Positions 9,379 to 17,752 of a stretch of DNA of 36,078 bases are shown in pieces. Both the position numbers and the translations under genes were made by a program. This stretch comes from a virus (lineage: Duplodnaviria > Caudoviricetes). How positions within the stretch are numbered: the first letter of the stretch is position 1; each line of letters starts with the position of its first letter. The notes below the pieces were generated by a model. That model saw only the letters and a list, made by a program, of their open reading frames with translations. It made no database searches and was not told the DNA's origin. The stretch covers positions 1-36,078 of the IMG/VR virus record IMGVR_UViG_3300042507_004176; one strand, given 5' to 3'.

Positions 9379-9891
9379 TCAGAGTAACGGGTTCAAGCGC
9401 TTGAACAACTCCGCGAACGGCGACGCCGTGCGGGATAGCTCGCGCGAAGTCTCACTTCGAGCGCGGCGGGCGCTCTCGCCCTTCGCCAGCTTCGCGGCTT
9501 CCGTGGCGACGCGGGCGGCTTCCGTGGCGTCGATCTCGGCGAAGAGCGCGCGGAGCATGTTCGGCTTGATCGCTGCCCACGCTTCGGGGAAGAGCGAGCG
9601 CCACAAGGGCGACTCGGGATCTTCGCCCGCCCGGTGTACGTATTGCACGTAGAACATGGGGTTCTCTACGACGATCCCGAAGCCTTGCGCGGGATCCGCC
9701 GACACGTAGAACGAGAAGGCGTCTTGTGACGTGCCGGTGTCAACGGGCCATGCGGTTACGATGTACCGAACGAGTTCTTCGCCGAAGACGTAGAGAACCG
9801 ATTCTTCGTCGGGCGTCAAGGCGCGCGATCCTCCGTGCGCCGCCAAGTAGGGCGGGATCTCGCTCGGAAAGAACTTGACTTCAAGCGCCAT
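9379..9891 (-). CDS. Neck / tail-completion protein, HK97 gp10-like paralog 1, 170 aa
   Basis: WPVDTG motif typical of gp10-like proteins; start moved to ATG 9891 to remove overlap with the upstream gene. Confidence 0.6.
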   Translation of the reverse strand: MALEVKFFPSEIPPYLAAHGGSRALTPDEESVLYVFGEELVRYIVTAWPVDTGTSQDAFSFYVSADPAQGFGIVVENPMFYVQYVHRAGEDPESPLWRSLFPEAWAAIKPNMLRALFAEIDATEAARVATEAAKLAKGESARRARSETSRELSRTASPFAELFKRLNPLL

Positions 9892-9899
9892 TTCCGAGC

Positions 9900-10358
9900 C
9901 TACCCCGGCAAGGGCTCGATCGTCATTCGGTAGCGGGTGCGGAAGCGTAGGATCGTGAGCAGGAACGTACCGCCGCCGAGAAGTTCGGGTTCCGCCAACC
10001 CGAGAAACGCCGTATGCGGCTCGCACTCTACGTAGGCGTCTTCGACGTGCCCGAGTACGATCTTCTTCACGTCGTCGGCGTCGGCGTAGGCTTGCCCGAG
10101 CGCAGCGGCGTTGCGCGCGGCGTTCAACTTGTGGCACAAGCGGATCGAGAACTCGCGGAGCACGAACAACGAGCCGTCGGTTCGGGTGCGCCCGCCCGCG
10201 TCGCCTTCCGCGCCGAGAAACACGGTGAAGGAGCGGTCTACAACCTGTTTCGGCTCGAACTCGGGCCCGAGCACGCCCGACGCTTCGCGCATGCCCGGAA
10301 TGCGCCGCACGCGCCCCGCCAAGGCGTCGCGAAGCGCAAGGGCACCCGTTACCGCCAT
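9900..10358 (-). CDS. Head-tail connector / tail terminator-like protein, 152 aa
   Basis: Size and synteny; coupled by TAGccATG. Confidence 0.55.
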   Translation of the reverse strand: MAVTGALALRDALAGRVRRIPGMREASGVLGPEFEPKQVVDRSFTVFLGAEGDAGGRTRTDGSLFVLREFSIRLCHKLNAARNAAALGQAYADADDVKKIVLGHVEDAYVECEPHTAFLGLAEPELLGGGTFLLTILRFRTRYRMTIEPLPG

Positions 10359-10360
10359 GG

Positions 10361-11113
10361 CTATTCCGCGAGCCCCCTACGCCCTGCCCGGGGCGTTGCC
10401 GACAAGAAGATCACGGGTTGCGCCGCCTTGGCGGTTGCCGACACGGTGCCGTCTTCGCCCGCGTCGATCTTGTACGTGAGCTTCGGGAACTTCGAAGCGT
10501 ACTCGGCGGCGTACTCCTTCAAGAGCTTGTCGAAGCGATCCGTTTCGCCCGTGGCATTCGTGATCGCGTCGCGGAAGATGTACGAGAGCGCCAACGAGAG
10601 CACGCACCCGCGACACGCCCACGGCGAGAGGATCAAGTTCGGGCGGTTGCCCTTGTTGATCAACTCCCGCTCGAACTCTTCAAAGGCTTCGTCAATCTGC
10701 CCGGTGAAGTCGTCAAGCTCGGGCGGCAAGTTCTCGGAGACAAGTTGCGGGTGACGCCGCAACAAGTCGTCTTGCGTAACGACGTTGTAGAGCTTGCGCC
10801 GAACCAAGAGCGCGTCACATTGGATACGGTGCGTCACGCCGTCAACGACGAGCGCCCATTCTTCGAGCCATCGATCCGAATACTCTTCGCCCGTGGTAGA
10901 GGCGCCGCCTACCGCATACGACGCCACGCCGTCTACTGCTACGGAGACGGCGCCCGAAACTACCGTTTCGCCGTTCTCGTTCTTCAACGTGTAGGTTCCG
11001 CTCGTCGGGTGTACGGGGCTCGCGCCCCGGTAGATCGTGAGCGTCACCGTCTCGTCTTGCCCGCGTTCGAGCAGGCGCGGCAAGACGATACGAGCGGCAA
11101 TGCGCGCCGCCAC
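10361..11113 (-). CDS. Head-tail adaptor-like protein with N-terminal beta-sandwich, 250 aa
   Basis: Beta-rich N-terminal half and helical C-terminal half; synteny. Confidence 0.55.
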   Translation of the reverse strand: MAARIAARIVLPRLLERGQDETVTLTIYRGASPVHPTSGTYTLKNENGETVVSGAVSVAVDGVASYAVGGASTTGEEYSDRWLEEWALVVDGVTHRIQCDALLVRRKLYNVVTQDDLLRRHPQLVSENLPPELDDFTGQIDEAFEEFERELINKGNRPNLILSPWACRGCVLSLALSYIFRDAITNATGETDRFDKLLKEYAAEYASKFPKLTYKIDAGEDGTVSATAKAAQPVIFLSATPRAGRRGLAE

Positions 11114-11115
11114 GG

Positions 11116-11625
11116 CTACGCCGTGCGACCGATGATCTCGATATCGTAAGAGATCGTGCCGGTTGCGGCGGCGATCCGGAAGATATCGCCGGTTGCGGCA
11201 ACCGTCGTCATGGGATCGATCGGCGAGTACCAGCCGAACGCGCCGCCCGGGTTCACTTGGAGCGTGTGTGCGCCCGCCCCGAGAAGGCCCGTGAAGGCGG
11301 GGTTCGCGCCGTTGCCCACGGTGAGAAACTGCCCGCTCGTCGTGCTCTTGTTGCGGATCACGATCCCCGTGATCTTCACGAAGTTGATCCCAGAGTTGAG
11401 CGCCGACGCGAGCACGCCGCGAAGATCGAGATCATCGGGAGCGCCCGACGTGACGGAGCGGGTGTCACTCCACACGAGATCGGCTTGATCGGTGCCGGTG
11501 CCGCTCGCGATCTGCTTCGTGTAGTCGATCGAGTGACGCCCGGCGACGGCGCCGAGATCGCCCGTGATCCGCTCGTACACGTCAAGAAGGAAGCGCAGCG
11601 TACCGGAGACGGAGACAACGGCCAT
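11116..11625 (-). CDS. Virion structural protein (decoration-like), 169 aa
   Basis: GAGG SD; Gly/Thr/Ser-rich beta protein in the head module. Confidence 0.55.
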   Translation of the reverse strand: MAVVSVSGTLRFLLDVYERITGDLGAVAGRHSIDYTKQIASGTGTDQADLVWSDTRSVTSGAPDDLDLRGVLASALNSGINFVKITGIVIRNKSTTSGQFLTVGNGANPAFTGLLGAGAHTLQVNPGGAFGWYSPIDPMTTVAATGDIFRIAAATGTISYDIEIIGRTA

Positions 11626-11673
11626 GGTGGAACCTCAGAGTTGCGGAAGTGTACCACGCGCCCGAAGGCGCGA

Positions 11674-12423
11674 CTACTTGATCGCGAAGACGCGAAACTT
11701 GATCCCCGTCGTCACCGTGAAGCGAAGCTCGGTTGCCGACATGACGCCGTAGGCGACATCGATCCCGCTTCCGAGCGCAACGGGCGCTTCCGTGATCGCC
11801 GTCCAAATCACGGCGGGAGTGCTCCCGAGCCCGTGCGCGAAGATCTGCTCTCCCCCGGTGCCCGTTTGTTCGACGGAAGCGTAGACGGAAGCGGCGGCGA
11901 TCGAGCTTCCGACCGTCGCGGTTGCGGCGTTGCCGGTGCAACTGCCCGACGAGCCCGACACGTTGCCCGTCACGTTGCCGACGAGCGCCGCCGTCACTTG
12001 CGCGAACGTCGGCGAATCGCCGGTATCGAGCGAGAGCGCCGCGCGTGCCGCCGCCACGCTCGCCGCGCCGACGAGCGAGCGCCCCAAAGCGTTGAAGGTG
12101 GCGAGCGCCGCCGTGCCCGCCCCGGTGAAGTAGGGCACGCGATCGGCTGCGCTCGTGAGCCCGGCGAGCGCGGAAAGCTCGGAGTCGGTTCCGACGAGCG
12201 CAACCCACGCGCTCGAAACCATGCTGTAGATCGTGCCGTTGGTGCGGAAGTAAACGGAGCCGTTCGGCTGCGCTTCCGACGGCGCGGCGGATCCCGCCGT
12301 GATCGTGGGCCATGACGCGAAGGTAGACGAGTCTTCGTCGGTAGCGATTGCGACGACGCGGAAGGCGTGGGCCGCAATGAAGAGCACGGCTTGCCCGAGC
12401 GAAGACAGAAGACGAGAAGCCAT
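11674..12423 (-). CDS. Fibre-like protein in head/neck module, 249 aa
   Basis: Tail-fibre-type segments DSELSALAGLTSAADRVPYFTGAGTAALATF and GNVTGNVSG...GNAATAT; GAGG SD. Confidence 0.7.
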   Translation of the reverse strand: MASRLLSSLGQAVLFIAAHAFRVVAIATDEDSSTFASWPTITAGSAAPSEAQPNGSVYFRTNGTIYSMVSSAWVALVGTDSELSALAGLTSAADRVPYFTGAGTAALATFNALGRSLVGAASVAAARAALSLDTGDSPTFAQVTAALVGNVTGNVSGSSGSCTGNAATATVGSSIAAASVYASVEQTGTGGEQIFAHGLGSTPAVIWTAITEAPVALGSGIDVAYGVMSATELRFTVTTGIKFRVFAIK

Positions 12424-12432
12424 GTTGAACCT

Positions 12433-12600
12433 CTATCGGTTGCGTTGCGCGTTCGTGAGTCGGGCGACTTCCGCCGCTTGCCGACGCGCCGACTCTTCCG
12501 AGACGGGGCGCCCGCTTTCCTTGCCGTGCTCTACGATCCGCCGGGTGAGCCCTTCGACGCCCCGGCGATCTGCTTCTTCACGTTGGCGCGTCGTTTCCAC
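12433..12600 (-). CDS. Hypothetical protein, 55 aa
   Basis: GTG at 12600 after TAGcc; fills the gap exactly. Confidence 0.6.
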   Translation of the reverse strand: METTRQREEADRRGVEGLTRRIVEHGKESGRPVSEESARRQAAEVARLTNAQRNR

Positions 12601-12602
12601 GG

Positions 12603-13391
12603 CTACGCCGCTCCGAGCATACGATCGCACGCGCCGATCTGCTTGTTGTAGATCTCGATCTCGGCGGCGACGCTCGGCGACGACTTGCGCGGCTCCGAGA
12701 GCCGGATCATGTTCGCCGCTTGATCGCGGAGCCATTCGATCGCCACGTCGGCGGGCGGCTCGATCGTGCCGTCTTCGAGCAGTTGATCCACGAAGCGCCC
12801 GAACTCGTCGAAGTCAACGACGACGGAAGCACTCTTGCCCGACACCTTGATCCGCTCCCAACGGCACAAGAAGCCTACCCCGCCGATCATGTCGAACTCA
12901 CGAAGGTAGCCGCCTTGCACGGAACGATCGTAGATCACGGTACGCCCCGCCTTGCCCGCGTCAACCAACGCGGCGTCGGGGCGCCCCTTGGCGTCAACGC
13001 GCCCGATCCCGGGTACGAGCCGGATCTTCCCGAAATCGGGCAGGATGCGATCGGCTTGCGGGTAGTAGATCCAACGCATCGGATCGAGCGTGAGAATGAA
13101 GTTCGGGTTCTCGCTCGCGCGGATTCGGATCACGTCGTCGGTTTGCGTGCTCGGCGCCACGCGCCGCCCTTCGACGAAGGCATGCCCGGTCTTGCGCCCG
13201 GCGGGCGTCGCCGACGCCTTGACCGGCACGGGCGGCGGCGGCGCGGCTCCCGCGTTCGACGCGCGCCCGGCAAGGGGCGCGGGCTCGTCGGCGTCGTCGC
13301 CGCCCGCGATCGGAAGCGACGGCTCGGGCGGCGGGCTCGCGTCGGCGGGCGTCTCGTCGGGCGGTTTCGGTGGGGTGCGTGGGCGCGCCAT
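12603..13391 (-). CDS. Hypothetical protein with Pro-rich N-terminus, 262 aa
   Basis: AAGGA SD plus ATG at 13391; directly after major capsid. Confidence 0.75.
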   Translation of the reverse strand: MARPRTPPKPPDETPADASPPPEPSLPIAGGDDADEPAPLAGRASNAGAAPPPPVPVKASATPAGRKTGHAFVEGRRVAPSTQTDDVIRIRASENPNFILTLDPMRWIYYPQADRILPDFGKIRLVPGIGRVDAKGRPDAALVDAGKAGRTVIYDRSVQGGYLREFDMIGGVGFLCRWERIKVSGKSASVVVDFDEFGRFVDQLLEDGTIEPPADVAIEWLRDQAANMIRLSEPRKSSPSVAAEIEIYNKQIGACDRMLGAA

Positions 13392-13518
13392 GTAGGTGGA
13401 TCCTTGCGTGGTGGGCGCTCGCACTTTGTACCGGCGAAATCGACGTGACGGGTAGCGAGCGGGGTAGGAGTCGGTTCGGTGCCGCCGACGCGCCGGAAGG
13501 GCCCGAAAGCCCGCCCGA

Positions 13519-14451
13519 CTACGACGCGGAAGACAGGAAGGTGACGCCGAGCAGTTCGTTCGGGCTCACGGCGTTCTTGGCAACGCCCGCGTAGAAGTTC
13601 CCGACGATCTTCGTGAGCGCCGCCGAAGCGTCGCGCTCGAACTCGATCAAGAGCTTCGTACCGGCGGGCACCATGAACGTAGGGCTCTTGATCGGCTTCG
13701 GCGTGCCTTCGGAGTAGAGCACGGCGCCCCGGTGCCACATGCCGCCCTTGCGATCCCCGCCGCTCGTGACGCACTTGCTCGACTTGAAGATGTCCACGCC
13801 GAGCAGCTTCCCTTGAAGCCCCTGCCCCTTGGCTTGCACCATGTCGGCGGTTGCGGGCATGTACTGCGCCACGCCGACGACGCCGAAGAGATCGCCTTGA
13901 AGGTCGGTCACTTGGATCGGCGCGAGCAGCGCGACGAGTTCGGCCGAAGGCGCCGGGGCGCGTTCGATGTAGAAGATCCCTTGTTGGAACTTCGTGAAGG
14001 TGAAGTCGGTTCCCGACGTTCCGACGATCTGAGTGAAGTCGTCGATCACGTTGCAAACCATGGAAGTGAACCGCATTTCGGCGGAAAGCACCATGGAAGC
14101 CGCGAGCCGTTCGACGTTCACGGAGCCGTCGGGCAAGACGAGATCGGCGAGATCGGATTCGCTGTATTGCAGCGCTTGCCGGGCGACGGTGACGGTTTGC
14201 GATCCGTCGGTAAGCGCCGTGTTGCTCACGCTCGAACCTTCGGCAACCGCCGCCATTTCGTCGAAGCCGTCAAGGCCCGCGAAGCCGAGCTTCCGGGTGC
14301 TCGAACCAGAGCCGCGCACGTCGCCCACGTCGATCAAGTACGCGCCGTTGCGGAACGACGCGCGATCGGCGAGCAGAAGCCCGATCTCTTGCGCCAAGAT
14401 CTCGGAGACGGTGAGATCGCCAAGACCCGAGACGAGAACTTCGTTTGCCAT
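13519..14451 (-). CDS. Major capsid protein, 310 aa
   Basis: Size, GGGAG SD, own promoter, position after portal and scaffold; AVAEGSSV segment resembles HK97-fold capsids. Confidence 0.85.
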   Translation of the reverse strand: MANEVLVSGLGDLTVSEILAQEIGLLLADRASFRNGAYLIDVGDVRGSGSSTRKLGFAGLDGFDEMAAVAEGSSVSNTALTDGSQTVTVARQALQYSESDLADLVLPDGSVNVERLAASMVLSAEMRFTSMVCNVIDDFTQIVGTSGTDFTFTKFQQGIFYIERAPAPSAELVALLAPIQVTDLQGDLFGVVGVAQYMPATADMVQAKGQGLQGKLLGVDIFKSSKCVTSGGDRKGGMWHRGAVLYSEGTPKPIKSPTFMVPAGTKLLIEFERDASAALTKIVGNFYAGVAKNAVSPNELLGVTFLSSAS

Positions 14452-14529
14452 GGTAGAGACTCCCGAGAAGGTGACTTCACGCGGGCCCTACTACCGTATC
14501 GCCGTAGACGCGCGGGCTTCGTAGAGAGC

Positions 14530-14559
14530 AGTTTAGCGCGGCGCGCTCGTCGCGAGCAA
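14530..14559 (-). promoter_or_regulatory. Putative sigma70 promoter for the capsid operon
   Basis: TTGCTC-18-TAAACT. Confidence 0.55.
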
Positions 14560-14630
14560 GCGGCGGGGCGCGCTAAACCGGCTTCTAAGGCACTTCGTAG
14601 AACAAAGATCGAGATAGTGCGCTAAACCTC

Positions 14631-14659
14631 TTGCGGGTGTAACGCGCATGAAGTAAGGT
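14631..14659 (+). promoter_or_regulatory. Sigma70-like promoter with GTAACGCGCAT box
   Basis: TTGCGG-17-TAAGGT; box at 14639-14649. Confidence 0.7.
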
Positions 14660-14684
14660 AGTTGCACCTTCAAGGAGTCTTCGC

Positions 14685-14933
14685 GTGAACCTCACCAACG
14701 CCAACGAAGCGATCGAGTTCGTCACCACAAACGGGCGCGGCGCCCCTACGGCGTCTACGGCGGCGCTCGCGAATTCGATCGCCCGCGCTATCGCGAGTCG
14801 CTACGAGTACGTGAAGACGTGGGGCAACGGGCGTAGCCTCACGCTCTCTTCCGAAGCCGACGTATTCGAAGCGATCGGCGTCTTGAAGCTCGAATACTTC
14901 CGCCTTACCGGGCGTGCATGGATCGCGGAGTGA
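14685..14933 (+). CDS. Hypothetical protein, 82 aa
   Basis: AAGGAG SD plus GTG, downstream of a promoter. Confidence 0.8.
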   Translation: MNLTNANEAIEFVTTNGRGAPTASTAALANSIARAIASRYEYVKTWGNGRSLTLSSEADVFEAIGVLKLEYFRLTGRAWIAE

Positions 14934-15184
14934 GCAAGCCGAAGCCGCCCGAGATCGCGGGCGGGCGCCCGTTGCCGCTCTTCCCCGCCATGGTGGGGAA
15001 GACATGGTATCAAGGCGGCGGCTCGATCATCGTCTTCGTGCCCGGTGACGAGCGCGAGCAGTTCGAAGCGCTCGCCGCGCTCGCCGGGTACGTCGTCGAA
15101 GACGCGACGTGGTATACCGTGAGCACGATCCCGCGCGCTACCGTGAAGCTCACGCTCGCGAAGGCTTCGCCGGGCGGGGCTTGA
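14930..15184 (+). CDS. Hypothetical protein, 84 aa
   Basis: GTGA overlap with the upstream gene. Confidence 0.7.
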   Translation: MSKPKPPEIAGGRPLPLFPAMVGKTWYQGGGSIIVFVPGDEREQFEALAALAGYVVEDATWYTVSTIPRATVKLTLAKASPGGA

Positions 15185-15341
15185 ACACTTCGGCGAGTTC
15201 GAGATCGACGCCGAGCGCGGCGGTAACGTGCCCGTTGGCAAGCGTGATCGTGAACATGCCGGTAACGTCGTCGAAGCCTTCGACGCGCCCGCGCTGCCCG
15301 CCGTGGCGCACCCGGGCGCCGCGCTCGAAGTCGCGCTTCAC
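15150..15341 (-). CDS. Small hypothetical protein, possibly SH3/KOW-like, 63 aa
   Basis: GTGA overlap with scaffold stop; FERGARVRHGGQRGRVEG pattern. Confidence 0.55.
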   Translation of the reverse strand: MKRDFERGARVRHGGQRGRVEGFDDVTGMFTITLANGHVTAALGVDLELAEVFKPRPAKPSRA

Positions 15342-16144
15342 TCGATCCGCCCTTCGCGCCGCGCCGACATGATCGCTTCACGATTCGCCTTGTACTCGTC
15401 GGTTGACATCGAACCGATCTCTTCCCGGGTGAACGCGGGGCGCCCGTTGCCGCCGCTCGCGCCGCGCGTGCCCGCGTTCGGGTTGAAGGCGGGCTTCTTC
15501 TCGGGCTCGCGCTTGACGCCCGCTCCCGCGCCGTTCCCGGCGCCGCCCTGCCCCTTGTCGTCGGCGCCCTTGGCGGGCTCCTTGCCCTTGTTCGCGGCGT
15601 ACTCGGAGCGCGGCGCGGGCTCGTCGCCGCCCTTGTTCGCGGGCTCGGCGGCGTCGGGGATCATGGCTTGGAACCAGCGCTTCCCTTGTTGTCCTTCGAG
15701 CCAATCGGCGAACTCGGGCGCCTTGTCGCCCTGCCCGTTCGTCGTCATGTTGTAGCGCTCGCGAATGAAGGCCCGATCGTCGGCGTCGGTTACCCCCATG
15801 TCGCGGAGTTGAAGATCCTTCTCGGCGTTGTTGGCCCGGCCGATCGCGTCGTCGCGCTCCTTCGCCACCTTCGCCACGTCGGGCGCCTTCTTCTCGAACT
15901 CGCCGATCTTCGCGTTGGCGGCTTCGAGATCGCTCTTCGCCTTGGCGAGCAGTTGCCGCACCTTCCGGTGCTCGGCGTAGGGTACGGGCTTCTTGTCGTC
16001 GCCTTCGTCGTCGGCGCCCTTGCCGCCCTTGCCGCCTTCCGCCCCGTCGTCGGCGAAGCAGCCGAAGCGGCGCTCGTGACGTGAGAAGAACGAGTTCGTT
16101 TCGTGGAAAGCATCGAAGGCGCTAAGCGCGAGAAGGTGGAACAT
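15338..16144 (-). CDS. Capsid scaffolding protein, 268 aa
   Basis: AAGGAG SD; VPY plus coiled coil; C-terminal FTREEIGSMSTDEYKANREAI helix typical of scaffolds; follows portal. Confidence 0.85.
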   Translation of the reverse strand: MFHLLALSAFDAFHETNSFFSRHERRFGCFADDGAEGGKGGKGADDEGDDKKPVPYAEHRKVRQLLAKAKSDLEAANAKIGEFEKKAPDVAKVAKERDDAIGRANNAEKDLQLRDMGVTDADDRAFIRERYNMTTNGQGDKAPEFADWLEGQQGKRWFQAMIPDAAEPANKGGDEPAPRSEYAANKGKEPAKGADDKGQGGAGNGAGAGVKREPEKKPAFNPNAGTRGASGGNGRPAFTREEIGSMSTDEYKANREAIMSARREGRIE

Positions 16145-16156
16145 GCGTGGTACTCC

Positions 16157-17749
16157 TTACGGGTTGGAAGCGGGATCGTCGTCGGGCACGTCGCCCGAGC
16201 CGTCGTCGGGTGTATCCGGGTTGTTGGGGTCTTGCGAGCCCGAGCCGTCGTCGGGTACGCCCGGCGTCGGTACGCTCTTCGCGGGGATCGGCGACGCCTT
16301 CTTGAACGGGGTAAGCGCGGCGTCAAGCTCCGCTTCTTCGCGGGCGACTTGAACGAGCCGTTCTTTCGCCTGATTGCGCGTCAAGCCGGGTTCGAGCGCA
16401 AGCACTACGTCAACGCGGCTTGCCACGCCCGCCGCGCGCTTGGCTTCTACCTGCTCGATCAACGCCTTTGTTTCTTCGAGCGAGAGCGGTACGCCCTTGT
16501 AGACGATCGAGTAGGCTTCGGGCTCTTCGGGGTAGCCCTCGGGATCGGTGCCGTACTCGTTCAAGAGCCGCGCCGCCGTGGCGAGTAGCAGTTGATCGCC
16601 CATACGCAAGTTAGGTTGCACCTTGGCTTGCTTGCGGCGCAACCCTTGGCGCGACACAGAAATCGAGTAGCCGGATTGTGCGTCGCCGTTCGAGACGAGA
16701 TCCGAAGGCGCGAGCCCCGCCCATATCGCCAAGTCGCGCTCGCATTGGCTTAGGAAGTTCCCCGCTTCCTTCACGTCGATCGCCGGGGCGAACTGCGAAA
16801 GCGTGCCCGTCTTGCCGTTCACGGCTTGGAACATGACGATCGACGTAGGCGAAACCGTGATCTCGGATCGGCGCGTGCCTTCCTTGTCGTCGCCCCGGAT
16901 CTCGCCGCCCTGTAGCTCTACGTCGATCCCGTACCGTTGGGGCCATGACGCTTCGTCAAAGCCATGGTGCGCGCCCGTCCATCCCACGGCGATCCGAAGC
17001 GTGCCTTCGATAAGCTCGCGCCCCTTCTCGCCGTCCCACAAGCCGCCGTGCGTCTCGGCGTGGTAGAGCACATAGGCGAAGATGCCCTTCCCCGACGTAT
17101 CGCGGTAAGGCACGTCGCCGGGCTTGATCTCGGGGAAGTAGACCGTAGTACGGTCAATCTTGCGATCCGCTGAGAGGATCCGGAACTCGGGCGCGTCAGG
17201 GTCCGTCCAATCCCATACTTCCCACGTCCATTCTTCCGTATTCTTGATCCCGGTCTTCTCGTCGGCATGTTGAGCATCGATCGGGATCGTGCGAAGCCGC
17301 ACTTCTTCAACCTTGTTGAGCATGTGCGGCGACTTCGTGTCGCCCGAGCAGTAGGCTACTTCGTCAGGCGTGACGAGCCGCGCCGTCACCTTGCCGTCTT
17401 CGATGTCGAGTCGGATCAAGCTCTCGCGGAGCCCGTTCACGAAGAGTTCGTGCCGTTGTAGGAGCCCGAGCACGAAGGGCCCGAGCATGGCCGAAACGTC
17501 GGTAGCTTCGGCCATGATCGACGGCGGCTCGTCGTAGCTCACGGAAACTTGCGACATGACCGAAAGGAACGGGTTCCGCGACATGTCGAGTTCGCCCATA
17601 GCGTCGGCTCGGGCCTTCGAGAATACCTTGGCAAGCGCCCGGTAACCGTCTTCCCGCCATTGCCCGAGAAGTAGCCGCTTACGCAACGCGGCGTGCTTCC
17701 ATCGGGAAGCGTCGTCGCCTTTCGGCACCGGGCGAGAAGGGGCGGACAT
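16157..17749 (-). CDS. Portal protein, 530 aa
   Basis: Follows TerL; size; AQSGYSI segment; acidic tail. Confidence 0.85.
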   Translation of the reverse strand: MSAPSRPVPKGDDASRWKHAALRKRLLLGQWREDGYRALAKVFSKARADAMGELDMSRNPFLSVMSQVSVSYDEPPSIMAEATDVSAMLGPFVLGLLQRHELFVNGLRESLIRLDIEDGKVTARLVTPDEVAYCSGDTKSPHMLNKVEEVRLRTIPIDAQHADEKTGIKNTEEWTWEVWDWTDPDAPEFRILSADRKIDRTTVYFPEIKPGDVPYRDTSGKGIFAYVLYHAETHGGLWDGEKGRELIEGTLRIAVGWTGAHHGFDEASWPQRYGIDVELQGGEIRGDDKEGTRRSEITVSPTSIVMFQAVNGKTGTLSQFAPAIDVKEAGNFLSQCERDLAIWAGLAPSDLVSNGDAQSGYSISVSRQGLRRKQAKVQPNLRMGDQLLLATAARLLNEYGTDPEGYPEEPEAYSIVYKGVPLSLEETKALIEQVEAKRAAGVASRVDVVLALEPGLTRNQAKERLVQVAREEAELDAALTPFKKASPIPAKSVPTPGVPDDGSGSQDPNNPDTPDDGSGDVPDDDPASNP

Positions 17750-17752
17750 GGC

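Noticed and set aside
5467-9387. Long + strand ORFs of 651 and 646 aa, and similar Arg-rich ORFs elsewhere
   Set aside because: Antisense or off-frame shadows of real genes in high-GC DNA; no SD or motifs
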